DNA from: Elusimicrobiota bacterium
GTDB lineage: Bacteria > Elusimicrobiota > Elusimicrobia > UBA1565 > UBA9628
Direction of reading: 5' to 3'
Assembly: GCA_023249675.1 (NCBI GenBank)
Contig: JAHFCE010000003.1
Coordinates: 111,785 to 175,784 of the forward strand
DNA length: 64,000 nt
Shown: piece after piece, positions 9,420 through 18,850 of the stretch
Layout: each line of letters opens with the position of its first letter
Position numbering within the stretch: the first letter of the stretch is position 1
The notes under the pieces: generated by a model
Database searches by the model: none
What the model saw: only the letters and a program-made list of their open reading frames with translations
Told to the model about the DNA's origin: nothing
Translations under genes and position numbers: made by a program

Positions 9420-10408
9420 CCCGCAGGAAGGTCTTGTCGGGAGTTGTCGCCTTCGCGATCACGGGAATCTTCCTGTGGCTGGCTCTGCGCAAGGTTGAGT
9501 TCGCAGCGCTCGGCGCGGCCCTGTCGTCGGCGCGCCTGGTCTGGCTGATCCCGATGGTTGCCATCGTCTATTTTGACCTGCTCGTGCGTGCCGTGCGCTG
9601 GCGCGTCCTGCTCTCTCTCGCGCGCGTTCAGCCCGCGCCGGTGTGGGACCTCCTCAAGCTCGAGGCGATCGGTCTTGCGGTCAACAACGTCCTGCTGCTG
9701 CGCCTTGGCGAGCTTGCGCGCGCGGGCCTTGCGGCCCGCCGCCTGGGCATTCCGGCGGCCGCAGCGCTCGCGAGCGTGGCCGTCGAGCGCGCGCTCGACG
9801 TGGCCGCCCTTCTGACCATCTTCGTGCTCGCCTGCCGGTTGGCGCCCGGCATTGCGCCGGTCGCGGTCGTGCGCGCAGCGTTGCTGCTGCTCGCGGGCGC
9901 GATCGGAGCTTTGATCATCCTGGCCGCGGCGGAAAGCTCGTTGGCGCCAGGCGGTTTTGCCGAGAGCCGTCTACGCCGCTGGCCCCGAGTGCATAACTTC
10001 ATCGAGCAACTGGCGCTCGGCGCCGCGGTGCTTCGCTCTCCCGCCGCTGCCGCACAGGCCGCGTGCCTGAGCCTACTGCTGTGGACCGTGGATGCGGCTG
10101 TGTATTGGGCGGGGGCGTACGCGTTCGGCCTCGGCGGTCTGATGGACTATCCGCGGGCGGTCCTGACCTTGTCGTGGGCGGGGGCGATCTCCGCGATCCC
10201 GGCCGCGCCCGGCTCGATCGGCACGTTTGAGGCCTGCATCGTGTCGATCCTTCACACCTTCGGCGCAGCGCCCGAAACCGCTTTGGCGTACGCTTTGTTT
10301 ACGCACATGACCATGTATCTTCTGGTGACGGTGACGGGGCTCGTGTTCTTGTCGCGCGAGGGCGTGTCGCTAGCACGCCTGCGCGAGGACGTCGAGCGCG
10401 ACGCATGA
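9416..10408 (+). CDS. Lysylphosphatidylglycerol-synthase-TM-like (UPF0104, 'flippase-like') integral membrane protein
   Basis: ATG at 9416 in an ATGA overlap. About 8 TM helices. The start 'RKVEFAALGAALSSARLVWLIPMVAIVYFDLLVRAVRWRVLL' is typical of this family, which is usually partnered with GT2 polyprenyl-phosphate glycosyltransferases. Confidence 0.6.
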   Translation: MTRRKVLSGVVAFAITGIFLWLALRKVEFAALGAALSSARLVWLIPMVAIVYFDLLVRAVRWRVLLSLARVQPAPVWDLLKLEAIGLAVNNVLLLRLGELARAGLAARRLGIPAAAALASVAVERALDVAALLTIFVLACRLAPGIAPVAVVRAALLLLAGAIGALIILAAAESSLAPGGFAESRLRRWPRVHNFIEQLALGAAVLRSPAAAAQAACLSLLLWTVDAAVYWAGAYAFGLGGLMDYPRAVLTLSWAGAISAIPAAPGSIGTFEACIVSILHTFGAAPETALAYALFTHMTMYLLVTVTGLVFLSREGVSLARLREDVERDA

Positions 10409-11430
10409 AGCGCAGTCTGCTCGTCATCCTGGCGTGCCCCGTCTGCGGCGGCGACCTCACCTGCGCCCTGCTCGAAGTTGACCCGCGCCATGATGCGGAA
10501 ATCGAAGAAACGATGCTTGCCTGCAAGTTGTGCGCCCGGGAGTATCCGGTGGTCGGCGGCGTGCCGCGCCTGCGCCCTCCGAATCCCGTCCTGCGCGCGA
10601 CTGCCAAGACGCGCGAAGCGTTCGGTTGGGAGTGGCTGCGCTATCCTGGCTCGCTGTCCGGCGACAAGGATATTTTTCTTGAGGAGACGATGCTGCCGCC
10701 GCGCGAGCTCGCGGGCAAGCTCGTTCTTGACGCGGGCTGCGGCATGGGCCGCTACAGCGCCGTCGCTCTTTCTTTGGGGGCCGAGGTCGTGGCGGTCGAC
10801 ATGTCCGAGAGCCTCGAGCGCGTCGCCGCGCTCGCCCGAGATCAGCCGAAGCTTCACCCGGTCGAGGCCGATCTGCTTCATCCACCGTTCAAGAAGCGCG
10901 TCTTCGACGTCGCCTACAGCCAAGGCGTTCTGCACCACACCGCCGATACGCGTGCCGCTTTTGCGGCGGTGGCAGCGCTCGTCAAGCCGCGAGGCCTGTT
11001 CTCCGTGTGGTTGTACGGCAAGGCCGGGCGCTACTGCGATTTTGCATCAAACCCGCTCAAGCCCGGACGCGGCTGGATCGCCCGCCATCGGAGGGCCGCG
11101 TGGGTCCTCGTGCTCCTGCGTCACGCTGTCAGCGACCTCGTGCGCGCGTTCACGACGCGAATACCCATCCCCGTTGTTTACGCGCTGTGCCATCCGCTGA
11201 CCTGGCTCGGCGTCGTGCCCGGCCTGAGGTGGTTTACCTACTCTGTAGATCCGCGCTATCAGGTCCGTCTCATCGAGAACTTTGATTGGATTTCGCCGCC
11301 CTACCAGTGGCATCACACGAAAGAGGAACTGCTGCGGTGGTGCGCCGCAGAGGGCTTCTCAGTCGTCCGTGTCCTGCCGCACGGTTTGGTGCCCAAGCCC
11401 GGCGTTCTTGGCCGAAAGAATTCCCCATGA
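10405..11430 (+). CDS. Trm112-like zinc-ribbon fused to a class I SAM-dependent methyltransferase
   Basis: The N-terminal 'CPVCGG...CKLCAREYPVVGGVP' is a Trm112-like fold. 'LVLDAGCGMGRYS' is the methyltransferase motif I. ATGA overlap with the previous gene. Confidence 0.7.
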   Translation: MKRSLLVILACPVCGGDLTCALLEVDPRHDAEIEETMLACKLCAREYPVVGGVPRLRPPNPVLRATAKTREAFGWEWLRYPGSLSGDKDIFLEETMLPPRELAGKLVLDAGCGMGRYSAVALSLGAEVVAVDMSESLERVAALARDQPKLHPVEADLLHPPFKKRVFDVAYSQGVLHHTADTRAAFAAVAALVKPRGLFSVWLYGKAGRYCDFASNPLKPGRGWIARHRRAAWVLVLLRHAVSDLVRAFTTRIPIPVVYALCHPLTWLGVVPGLRWFTYSVDPRYQVRLIENFDWISPPYQWHHTKEELLRWCAAEGFSVVRVLPHGLVPKPGVLGRKNSP

Positions 11431-12557
11431 CCAAGCCGAGGACGCGGGTCGTCATGGTGAGTGCTGGTTTTTGGCCTGCCGTGGGAGGCGCGGAGCGCCA
11501 AGCGCTCGAGCTTTCGCGTGAACTGCGTGGGCGCGGCGCGGACGTGCTCGTGCTCACGCGCCGCGTCGGCTGCGCGCCATCCCGTGAGGAGGTGCATGGC
11601 GTGCCGGTGCGGCGCTTGCGCGTGTTCGGGACCGACGCCTTCGACTCCCTCTCTTTTCTCTTCGGCGCGCTTGGCTGGCTGCTCAAGCATGGCGGCGACT
11701 ATGACGCGATCCATGCTCACCTTGCCGGTTCGCCTGCGCTCGCGGCCGCCTTGGCCGGACGCTGGCTCGGCAAACCCGTGTTGATCAAGCTCGGCGGGGG
11801 GCGCGGCATTGGCGAGCTTGCCGTCTCCTCGCGCACTTATCTTGGCCGGCTCAAACTCCGCCTGCTGGCCCGGCTTCAGCCGCGCTTTCTCGCCGTAGTT
11901 CCTGATCTCGCCGCCGAGGCGCGCGAGCATCTTGGCGATGTGCTGATCGAGGTGTTGGCGAACGGAGTGGACGTGAACCGTTATAAGCCCGTTTCCCCAG
12001 AGGAGAGACAGGCCATGCGCGCGCGCCTGGGCTGGACGGGAACGGTCTTCCTTTATACGGGGAGGCTCTCGTGGGAAAAGCGCCTGCCTTGGTTCGCAAA
12101 AATATGGAATCAAGCGACGCAGGATCGCGAAGCGATCCTGGTTCTCGTTGGTGAGGGACCGGAGCGAGCCCTCATCGAGGCGTCGTTTCCGGCGGGCTCC
12201 TGCCGTATCCGCATTCTGCCGGCCGTGGACGATATTTCCGAGTTCTATGCCGCTGCCGACGCCTTCGTCCTGCCCTCCGTGTCCGAAGGACTTTCTAATT
12301 CATTGCTCGAGGCGATGGCCTCGGGACTTGCGGTGATCGCGAGTGCGGTCGGCGGAAGTGCTACGACGATCGAGGACGGCGTCACGGGGCTTTTGTTTGC
12401 GCGCGATGACGAGGCGGCTGCGGCGGCCTGCGTGCGCCGTGTGCTTGACCGGCCGGATCTGGCTGCGAAGCTGGGGGCCCATGCGAGGCGAGCCTGCGAG
12501 GAGCGGTACTCGCTGTCGCGCGTCGCGGCACGCCTTGAGGAGTTGTACACTGTCTGA
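11427..12557 (+). CDS. GT4-family (GT-B fold) glycosyltransferase
   Basis: Start at 'MTKPRTRVVMVSAGFWPAVGGAERQALEL', in an ATGA overlap. The C-terminal half carries an 'E..E'-type GT4 motif ('SEGLSNSLLEAMASGLAVIAS'). Confidence 0.8.
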   Translation: MTKPRTRVVMVSAGFWPAVGGAERQALELSRELRGRGADVLVLTRRVGCAPSREEVHGVPVRRLRVFGTDAFDSLSFLFGALGWLLKHGGDYDAIHAHLAGSPALAAALAGRWLGKPVLIKLGGGRGIGELAVSSRTYLGRLKLRLLARLQPRFLAVVPDLAAEAREHLGDVLIEVLANGVDVNRYKPVSPEERQAMRARLGWTGTVFLYTGRLSWEKRLPWFAKIWNQATQDREAILVLVGEGPERALIEASFPAGSCRIRILPAVDDISEFYAAADAFVLPSVSEGLSNSLLEAMASGLAVIASAVGGSATTIEDGVTGLLFARDDEAAAAACVRRVLDRPDLAAKLGAHARRACEERYSLSRVAARLEELYTV

Positions 12558-12563
12558 TCGAAC

Positions 12564-14486
12564 ATGTGCGGCATTTGTGGCGTCGTTTACGGCGATGGAC
12601 GTGCTCCTGATAAAGGGGTTCTCAAGCGCGCCAACGATCAGATCGCGCACCGCGGTCCCGATGACGAGGGCTACCATCTTGACGCGCCCGTCGGCCTCGC
12701 GATGCGGCGCCTTTCCATCATCGATCTCAACACCGGACATCAGCCGATCTCGTACGCGAACGAGAGCCTGTGGGTCGTCCTCAACGGCGAGATTTACAAT
12801 TATCAAGAGCTGAGGGTCGAGCTCGAGGCCAAGGGCCATCGGTTCAAGACCAAATCCGACACCGAGGTCATCCTCGCGCTGTATCAGGACGAAGGGCCTC
12901 ATTGCGTGGACAGGCTGCGCGGCATGTTCGCGCTTGCGGTGTGGGACAAGAATGCGCGCCGCCTGTTCCTGGCGCGCGACCGCATAGGCAAAAAACCGTT
13001 GTGCTACGCGGTTCGCCCGGATGGGACGCTCTTATTCGGCTCCGAGCTTCGGTGTCTGTTCTCTCTTGACCCGTCTTTGTCCCGCGAGATCGACCCGGTC
13101 GCCGTGGACATGTATCTCACTTTGCAGTACATCCCGTCGCCGCGCACGATCTACCTTTCCGCCCGCAAGCTTCCCCCGGCTCATACGTTGACCTGGCAAG
13201 ATGGCAAGATTTCTGTCGACCGCTACTGGGACCTGCCGATCGGACAGAAGCCCGTCACAACTGACTTCGAAGAGGCCAAGGGCCTACTGCGCGAGACCTT
13301 AACGGAAGCCACGCGCCTGCGCATGATCTCTGATGTGCCGCTCGGTGCGTTTTTGTCCGGCGGGGTCGACTCTTCGATCATCGTGGCGCTGATGTCGGGC
13401 CTCTCCCCCAAGCCAGTCAAGACCTTTTCGATCGGTTTTGAAGAAGAGCGTTTTTCGGAAATCAAATACGCGCGCCTCATCGCCGACCGCTACAAGACCG
13501 ATCACACGGAGTTCATCGTCAAGACCGAGATGGCCGACGTGCTTCCGAAGCTCGCCTGGCATTACGGCGAGCCCTACGCCGACGCCTCGGCCTTGCCGAG
13601 CTACTACGTCGCCCGCGAGACGCGCAAGTTCGTTACGGTGGCGCTCAACGGCGACGGCGGCGACGAGAACTTCGCCGGCTACATCCGCTATTTCGCGATG
13701 AAGGCCGCGCGGCTGACCGATGCGCTTCCCGGCCCGGTGCTGTCGGCGCTGCGCGCCGGCGCCGAGTTGTTGCCCGAGCACGATGCGCCGCTGGGCAATA
13801 TCTGGCGGGCCAAGCGCTTCCTACGCTCGATCCTGTCGAACGACATGGCCGGGCGGCATCTGAAGATGGTCGGCTACTTCTCCGAGGACGACAAGCCTGC
13901 GCTCTATTCCGAGTCGTTCAGGCTTCGCCTGAACGACTCGATCGGCGAGGCTCTGCGTTACATGCGCGCCGCGTTCGCCGCGTGCGAGGGCGAGGATTTC
14001 GTCAACCGCCTGCTGTGCGTGGACTTCAAGACCTATCTGCCGGAATGCCTGATGGCGAAGGTGGACGTGGCGACCATGGCGTGTTCGCTTGAAGGCCGCT
14101 CGCCGTTGTTGGATCACGTTTTCGTTGAAACGGCCTTCCGCATGCCGGGCGATTGGAAGCTGAAAGGGCTGCGCGGTCACAAGTACATCATGAAAGAAAC
14201 CTTCAAGGACCTCTTGCCGGAAGACATTCTCAGCCGCCCGAAGATGGGCTTCGGCATTCCGCTTGGCGCGTGGTTTCGCGGCGGGCTTAAGAACTTCTGG
14301 GAAGAGAACGTGCTGTCGTCGCAGGCGCTGGCGCGAGGCTACTTCAAAGAGAAGGCCATCCGTGGTCTTTGGAACGAGCATCAAAGTGGCCAGCGCGACC
14401 ACGGCTACCGCTTGTGGGCATTATTGATGCTGGAGTTGTTCCATCGCCATGCTGATGAGGCGCTCGCCTCGCCTATCCGAGCTTGA
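12564..14486 (+). CDS. asnB: Asparagine synthetase B-like glutamine-dependent amidotransferase
   Basis: 'MCGICGV' is the N-terminal nucleophile Cys of the class II GATase domain. It also has the PP-loop 'SGGVDSS'. Homologs of this kind occur in glycan clusters as sugar amidotransferases. Confidence 0.85.
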   Translation: MCGICGVVYGDGRAPDKGVLKRANDQIAHRGPDDEGYHLDAPVGLAMRRLSIIDLNTGHQPISYANESLWVVLNGEIYNYQELRVELEAKGHRFKTKSDTEVILALYQDEGPHCVDRLRGMFALAVWDKNARRLFLARDRIGKKPLCYAVRPDGTLLFGSELRCLFSLDPSLSREIDPVAVDMYLTLQYIPSPRTIYLSARKLPPAHTLTWQDGKISVDRYWDLPIGQKPVTTDFEEAKGLLRETLTEATRLRMISDVPLGAFLSGGVDSSIIVALMSGLSPKPVKTFSIGFEEERFSEIKYARLIADRYKTDHTEFIVKTEMADVLPKLAWHYGEPYADASALPSYYVARETRKFVTVALNGDGGDENFAGYIRYFAMKAARLTDALPGPVLSALRAGAELLPEHDAPLGNIWRAKRFLRSILSNDMAGRHLKMVGYFSEDDKPALYSESFRLRLNDSIGEALRYMRAAFAACEGEDFVNRLLCVDFKTYLPECLMAKVDVATMACSLEGRSPLLDHVFVETAFRMPGDWKLKGLRGHKYIMKETFKDLLPEDILSRPKMGFGIPLGAWFRGGLKNFWEENVLSSQALARGYFKEKAIRGLWNEHQSGQRDHGYRLWALLMLELFHRHADEALASPIRA

Positions 14487-15084
14487 GGGCGGACATAATC
14501 AGCTGGACGCCGATGGCGGCCAACAGCAAACCCATCAGGCGCGTGATGATGTTGAGTAGGGTGGAGGAGAGCTTCTTTGCGCTCGCCGCCGCGACGGTCA
14601 GCACCCAGTAGCTGAGCAAGGCCACCAAGGCGATGAGCGCGTAGAAGAGCATTTTTTGGGGAGCTCCCGACGCGCGGCCGCTGAGCACCATCGAGGTCGT
14701 GATTGCGCCGGGCCCGGCCAAGAGGGGGACCGCCAAAGGCGTAATCGCGATGTCGTCCTTGCTCATCCCTTCGGCGAACTCCTCAGGCGTCTCTCGCATC
14801 GGCGACTTCTGGGCGCGGATCATGTCGAGCGCGGACAGCAGAAGCACAAGGCCGCCGGCGATCTGGAAGGCGGGCAAAGTGATTCCGAACAGGCGGAAGA
14901 TCGCGGGTCCGAGCAGGGCGAAGGCCGACATGACGCCAGCACAGGTGATGCAGGCCGTGCGGGCCATGCGCCGCCGTTGCTCGGCGGTGTCGCGGGCCGT
15001 CATCGCGAGGAAGGTTGGGACCGCCGCGAAGGGGTCCACGATCGCGAAGAGGGATCCGAAGGTTAGAAACGCGTACTCGATCAC
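14473..15084 (-). CDS. MarC-family (UPF0056) integral membrane protein
   Basis: 203 aa with ~6 TM helices; 'LFAIVDPFAAVPTFLAMT' is the MarC signature. Its stop overlaps the asnB stop convergently by 14 bp. Confidence 0.7.
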   Translation of the reverse strand: MIEYAFLTFGSLFAIVDPFAAVPTFLAMTARDTAEQRRRMARTACITCAGVMSAFALLGPAIFRLFGITLPAFQIAGGLVLLLSALDMIRAQKSPMRETPEEFAEGMSKDDIAITPLAVPLLAGPGAITTSMVLSGRASGAPQKMLFYALIALVALLSYWVLTVAAASAKKLSSTLLNIITRLMGLLLAAIGVQLIMSALKLG

Positions 15085-15101
15085 TGGCCCATTTTACTAC
15101 A

Positions 15102-16298
15102 ATGAGGCCCATGGAGCGTGAAATCGGTGTCGGGGGCTTTGCCGTCAGCCCGCTGGCCCGGCGCTACGTTAACGAGGTTCTCGACTCAAACCGCCTGTCT
15201 TACGGCTCCTTTCATCGCCGCTTTGAGGCCGCTTTCGCCGCAGAGCACGACTCTAAGCATGCCGTGTTCTGCAATTCAGGCACCAGCGCGCTGCAGATCG
15301 CCCTTCAGGCCCTTAAAGAGAAGCATGGCTGGGACGATGGGGACGAGGTGATCGTCCCGGCCGTCACCTTCATTGCGACGTCGAACATCGTTCTGCACAA
15401 CCGCATGGTCCCGGTCTTCGCCGACGTGGAGCCGTTCACCTATACGCTCGATCCCGCGAAGTTCGAGGCCGCGATCACGCCGCGGACGCGCGCCGTGATC
15501 CCGGTCCATCTGCTCGGCCTGCCCGCCGACATGGATCCGATCTCCGCCGGCGCGCGCCGGCGCGGCCTTTCCATCATAGAAGACTCCGCCGAAACTATGT
15601 TCGCCCGCTACAAAGGGCGCAAGGTTGGATCCCTTGGCGACATCGGCTGCTTTTCGACCTACATCGCGCATTACATCGTCACCGGCGCGGGCGGCCTCGC
15701 CACGACGAATGATCTAGATCTCGCGGTTCGACTGAGAAGCTTGATGAGCCATGGCCGCGACTCGATCTACCTCTCCATCGATGACGATAAGAACGCGACC
15801 GGCGAGAAGCTCCATGAGATCGTGGCGAAGCGCTTCCAGTTCGTTTCCGTCGGCCATAGCTACCGCGCCACCGAGTTCGAAGCGGCTTTGGGCCTGGCCC
15901 AGCTTGAGGAAAAGGACGGCATCTACGCCGCGCGCACCGGCATGGCCAAGCGTCTGAGCGCCGGCCTCAAGGAATTCGAGGACAGGCTCCAACTGCCGTC
16001 CTGTCCGACCGACCGGGATCATAGTTTTATGTTGTATGGCCTCGTCGTGCGCGACCAGGATAAGACGCCGCTCGTCAATTTTCTTGAAGATCACGGCGTC
16101 GAGACGCGCGACATGCTTCCCCTGCTCAATCAGCCGGTGTACAAGAAGATGTTCGGCGACCTCGAATCCAAATATCCGGTCGCAAGGCGTCTTAACCGTT
16201 CCGCGTTCTACATCGGCTGCCATCAGTACATGACCCCGGAGGACGCCGACTACGTCGTTGAGCAATTCCGCGCCTTTTTTAAGACACGGCCTCATTGA
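15102..16298 (+). CDS. DegT/DnrJ/EryC1/StrS-family PLP-dependent sugar aminotransferase (ArnB/PglE-like)
   Basis: 'FCNSGTSALQIALQAL' and a downstream PLP-lysine region are characteristic. The start is taken at ATG 15102 (ORF 15015..16298). Confidence 0.85.
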   Translation: MRPMEREIGVGGFAVSPLARRYVNEVLDSNRLSYGSFHRRFEAAFAAEHDSKHAVFCNSGTSALQIALQALKEKHGWDDGDEVIVPAVTFIATSNIVLHNRMVPVFADVEPFTYTLDPAKFEAAITPRTRAVIPVHLLGLPADMDPISAGARRRGLSIIEDSAETMFARYKGRKVGSLGDIGCFSTYIAHYIVTGAGGLATTNDLDLAVRLRSLMSHGRDSIYLSIDDDKNATGEKLHEIVAKRFQFVSVGHSYRATEFEAALGLAQLEEKDGIYAARTGMAKRLSAGLKEFEDRLQLPSCPTDRDHSFMLYGLVVRDQDKTPLVNFLEDHGVETRDMLPLLNQPVYKKMFGDLESKYPVARRLNRSAFYIGCHQYMTPEDADYVVEQFRAFFKTRPH

Positions 16299-16299
16299 C

Positions 16300-17004
16300 A
16301 TGGCGCCGAGCGAGGCCTTCGATTTGACGGTGGTGGTGCCCGCGCTCAACGAGGAGGCCTCTCTGCGTCAGGTTCTGCCGCGCCTGCGGGAGACCTTCCA
16401 GCGCCTGAGCGTGCGCGGCGAGATTCTCGTCGTGGACGGTCGTTCGAAGGACGCGACGGTCGCCGTCGCCGAAGCGGGCGGCGCGCGCGTGTTCACCCAG
16501 AGAGGCCGCGGCCTGGGCGGAGCCCTGCGCGAGGGCCTTCTGGCCGCGGCCGCCCCCTGGATCGCCATCGTGGACGCCGACGGCTCGCACCCGCCCGAGG
16601 TTTTGGCGGACATGTGGAGCAGGAGGAACGAGGCCGACCTCATCATTGCCTCTCGGTACGTCCCGGGGGGGTCGGCTGTGATGGGACTCGCGCGCCAGGT
16701 TCTGAGTCGTTCGCTGAACCTGGTCTCGTGCTATGTACTCGATCTGCCCGCGCGCGATTCCTCCGGCGGCTTCCGCCTGTATCGCGCCGCGCTCGCCCGT
16801 GCGGCATGCGCGGACTCCGCCGCAAACGACTTTACCGTCCAACAGGAGCTGCTCGTCGCCGTTCTATCGCGCGGCGGCCGAGTTTTGGAGGTTCCATTCC
16901 GCTACGAGTCCCGTATCGATGGCGCATCCAAGGCCTCGGCCGTGCGCCTGGCGCCGGCGTATATTCGCATGCTGCTCAAGCTCCGGGCCCGAAGACACGC
17001 ATGA
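16300..17004 (+). CDS. GT2 polyprenyl-phosphate sugar synthase (DPM1/ArnC/GtrB-like), soluble type
   Basis: 'VVVPALNEE...VVDGRSKD...VDADGSHPPE' is the GT-A DXD region typical of Dpm1/ArnC. It starts 1 bp after the DegT stop. Confidence 0.75.
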   Translation: MAPSEAFDLTVVVPALNEEASLRQVLPRLRETFQRLSVRGEILVVDGRSKDATVAVAEAGGARVFTQRGRGLGGALREGLLAAAAPWIAIVDADGSHPPEVLADMWSRRNEADLIIASRYVPGGSAVMGLARQVLSRSLNLVSCYVLDLPARDSSGGFRLYRAALARAACADSAANDFTVQQELLVAVLSRGGRVLEVPFRYESRIDGASKASAVRLAPAYIRMLLKLRARRHA

Positions 17005-17696
17005 CGACTTTGACGCGCCTGGAGACGCTTTCCACGGCCGACCGATTCAATGACGAAGTGTGGAACAAAGTGCAGTCCTTCATTGGGGCCGACATCCTGG
17101 AGGTCGGCATGGGCATCGGAATCTTCACGGAGAAGCTGCTGAGCCGGGGGAAGGTCTGCGGCGTGGACATCGCCCCCGAATTCGTGGAAGTAGCGCGCCG
17201 TCGTCTCGGTGAGCGGCGGGGCTTTTCCTCTCTTGTCGCCGATATGGGGGGCGCCGTGTTGCCCGACTCCCTGCGCGCTCACGCCTTTGATACCATCGTC
17301 TGTATGAACGTTCTCGAGCATATCGAAGACGATCGCGGGACATTGTCGCGTTTTCGCGGCCTGCTCAGGCCGGGGGGCAAGCTCGTGCTCGTGGTGCCCG
17401 CTTACCGATGGCTGTACAATCCGCTGGATGCCCACGACGGCCATTTTCGGCGCTACGAGCGCGCGGAACTCAACGAGAGGCTTCGGACCGCCGGTTTTGA
17501 CCTCATCCATGAGTCGCGATTCAATTTATTCGGCATCGTCGGCTGGTTTCTCAATGGAACGATTTTGCGCCGCCAAGATCTGCCGTCGGAGCAGATGGGG
17601 CTGTTTAACAAGGTCGCCCCGTTTCTTTTTTGGCTTGAACATCTGATCGGCCCGCCTCTCGGCCTCTCGCTTCTCGCCGTCGGGGCCAGGCCGTGA
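17001..17696 (+). CDS. Class I SAM-dependent methyltransferase (Methyltransf_11/12-like)
   Basis: 'ILEVGMGIGIFTEKL' is motif I. The ATG at 17001 makes an ATGA overlap. The upstream ORF extension 16614..17000 is rejected. Confidence 0.75.
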   Translation: MTTLTRLETLSTADRFNDEVWNKVQSFIGADILEVGMGIGIFTEKLLSRGKVCGVDIAPEFVEVARRRLGERRGFSSLVADMGGAVLPDSLRAHAFDTIVCMNVLEHIEDDRGTLSRFRGLLRPGGKLVLVVPAYRWLYNPLDAHDGHFRRYERAELNERLRTAGFDLIHESRFNLFGIVGWFLNGTILRRQDLPSEQMGLFNKVAPFLFWLEHLIGPPLGLSLLAVGARP

Positions 17697-18850
17697 ACGA
17701 AAGTCTTTCCATTGTCATTCCGGCCTACAACGAAGAAGACTCTGTTGACGGCATATTAAAGCGCTGCCTCGAGGCGAGGGCTGTGCTGATGAAGGATGCG
17801 GGGCTTTCCGGAGTGGAAGTCGTGATTGTCGATGACGGCTCCCGTGACAGGACGCAGGAGAGGGCCTCCCGCTGGACCGAGGCTAAACTGGTCGTCCATG
17901 AGAAGAATAAGGGCTATGGCGCCGCGCTAATGACCGGCTTTCGCGCTTCTTCGGGCGATCTTCTGTCGTTTCTCGATGCGGACGGCACCTGCGATCCCCT
18001 GGCTTTCAAGGATCTCATACTCGCCCTCCGCCGCGAGAAGGCGGATATGGCGGTCGGAGCTCGTTTGCATAGGGACTCCGAGATGCCCATCATCAGAGCC
18101 TTTGGCAACCGCCTGTACGCTCTTTTGCTGCAAAGCCTGACCGGCAGGCGTGTGACCGACGCCGCGAGCGGCATGCGCGTATTCAAGCGCGCGCTCCTGC
18201 CGCGCCTGGCTCCCCTGCCGACGGGCCTGCACTTCACGCCGGCGATGACTGCACGCGTCGTCTGCATGGGCGCTCTCTTGATCGAGCGCCCGATTCCTTA
18301 TTCCGAGCGCGTCGGTCGGTCGAAGCTCTCCGTCTTGCGCGACGGCGTGCGCTTCCTGCGCGTGATCCTCGGCACCGTCTTCGCCTACTTCCCGATGAGA
18401 GTGTTCGCTCCTTTAGCCGCCGCATGCTTTGCGTTGGCGGCGGGCCTGGTCCTTATGCCTGTGCGCGTCTACCTACGCGTCTCGATGCTTGAGGACTGGA
18501 TGATTTACCGCCTGCTCACCGTGCTGACATTGTCGGTGTGCGGAGCGATCTTTGCCGCGATCGGCTTGCTCGCGCAAAAAGCCTCGAACGCCGCCCTTGG
18601 GCGGCCGGGCTCGTGGCTGGACCATCCGTCTGTGCGCGAGGCGTCGGGCTTGGCCGGCGGCGTGCTGTGGTTGAGCGGCGTCGGCGTCAATTGGCCGACC
18701 GCGACTGAGTACGCAATGACCGGGCACATCACTCGTCACTGGGCCTGGGTGCTCATCGGCGCGCTGGCCGTTATCTGCGGCACGGTCCTTATTTCACTGT
18801 CGATCGCGCTCGGCGCTTTCGCGCATCTGCCTTCCCGAGAGGACGCGTGA
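17693..18850 (+). CDS. GT2 polyprenyl-phosphate glycosyltransferase with C-terminal transmembrane helices (GtrB/ArnC/CsbB-like)
   Basis: 'LSIVIPAYNEE...VVIVDDGSRD...FLDADGTCDP', followed by 3-4 C-terminal TM helices. GTG start overlapping the upstream stop. Confidence 0.8.
   Translation: MNESLSIVIPAYNEEDSVDGILKRCLEARAVLMKDAGLSGVEVVIVDDGSRDRTQERASRWTEAKLVVHEKNKGYGAALMTGFRASSGDLLSFLDADGTCDPLAFKDLILALRREKADMAVGARLHRDSEMPIIRAFGNRLYALLLQSLTGRRVTDAASGMRVFKRALLPRLAPLPTGLHFTPAMTARVVCMGALLIERPIPYSERVGRSKLSVLRDGVRFLRVILGTVFAYFPMRVFAPLAAACFALAAGLVLMPVRVYLRVSMLEDWMIYRLLTVLTLSVCGAIFAAIGLLAQKASNAALGRPGSWLDHPSVREASGLAGGVLWLSGVGVNWPTATEYAMTGHITRHWAWVLIGALAVICGTVLISLSIALGAFAHLPSREDA

Noticed and set aside
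10252-12113. Several 200-270 aa minus-strand ORFs (10252-10938, 11313-12113) antisense to the MTase and GT4 genes
   Set aside because: Low-complexity Arg/Ala/Gly-rich translations opposite strongly supported domain-bearing genes.
16614-17000. N-terminal 129-codon extension of the methyltransferase ORF
   Set aside because: The extension overlaps the GT2 gene in another frame and is Arg/Pro-rich. The ATG at 17001 gives a canonical ATGA-coupled start directly before the conserved MTase N-terminus.
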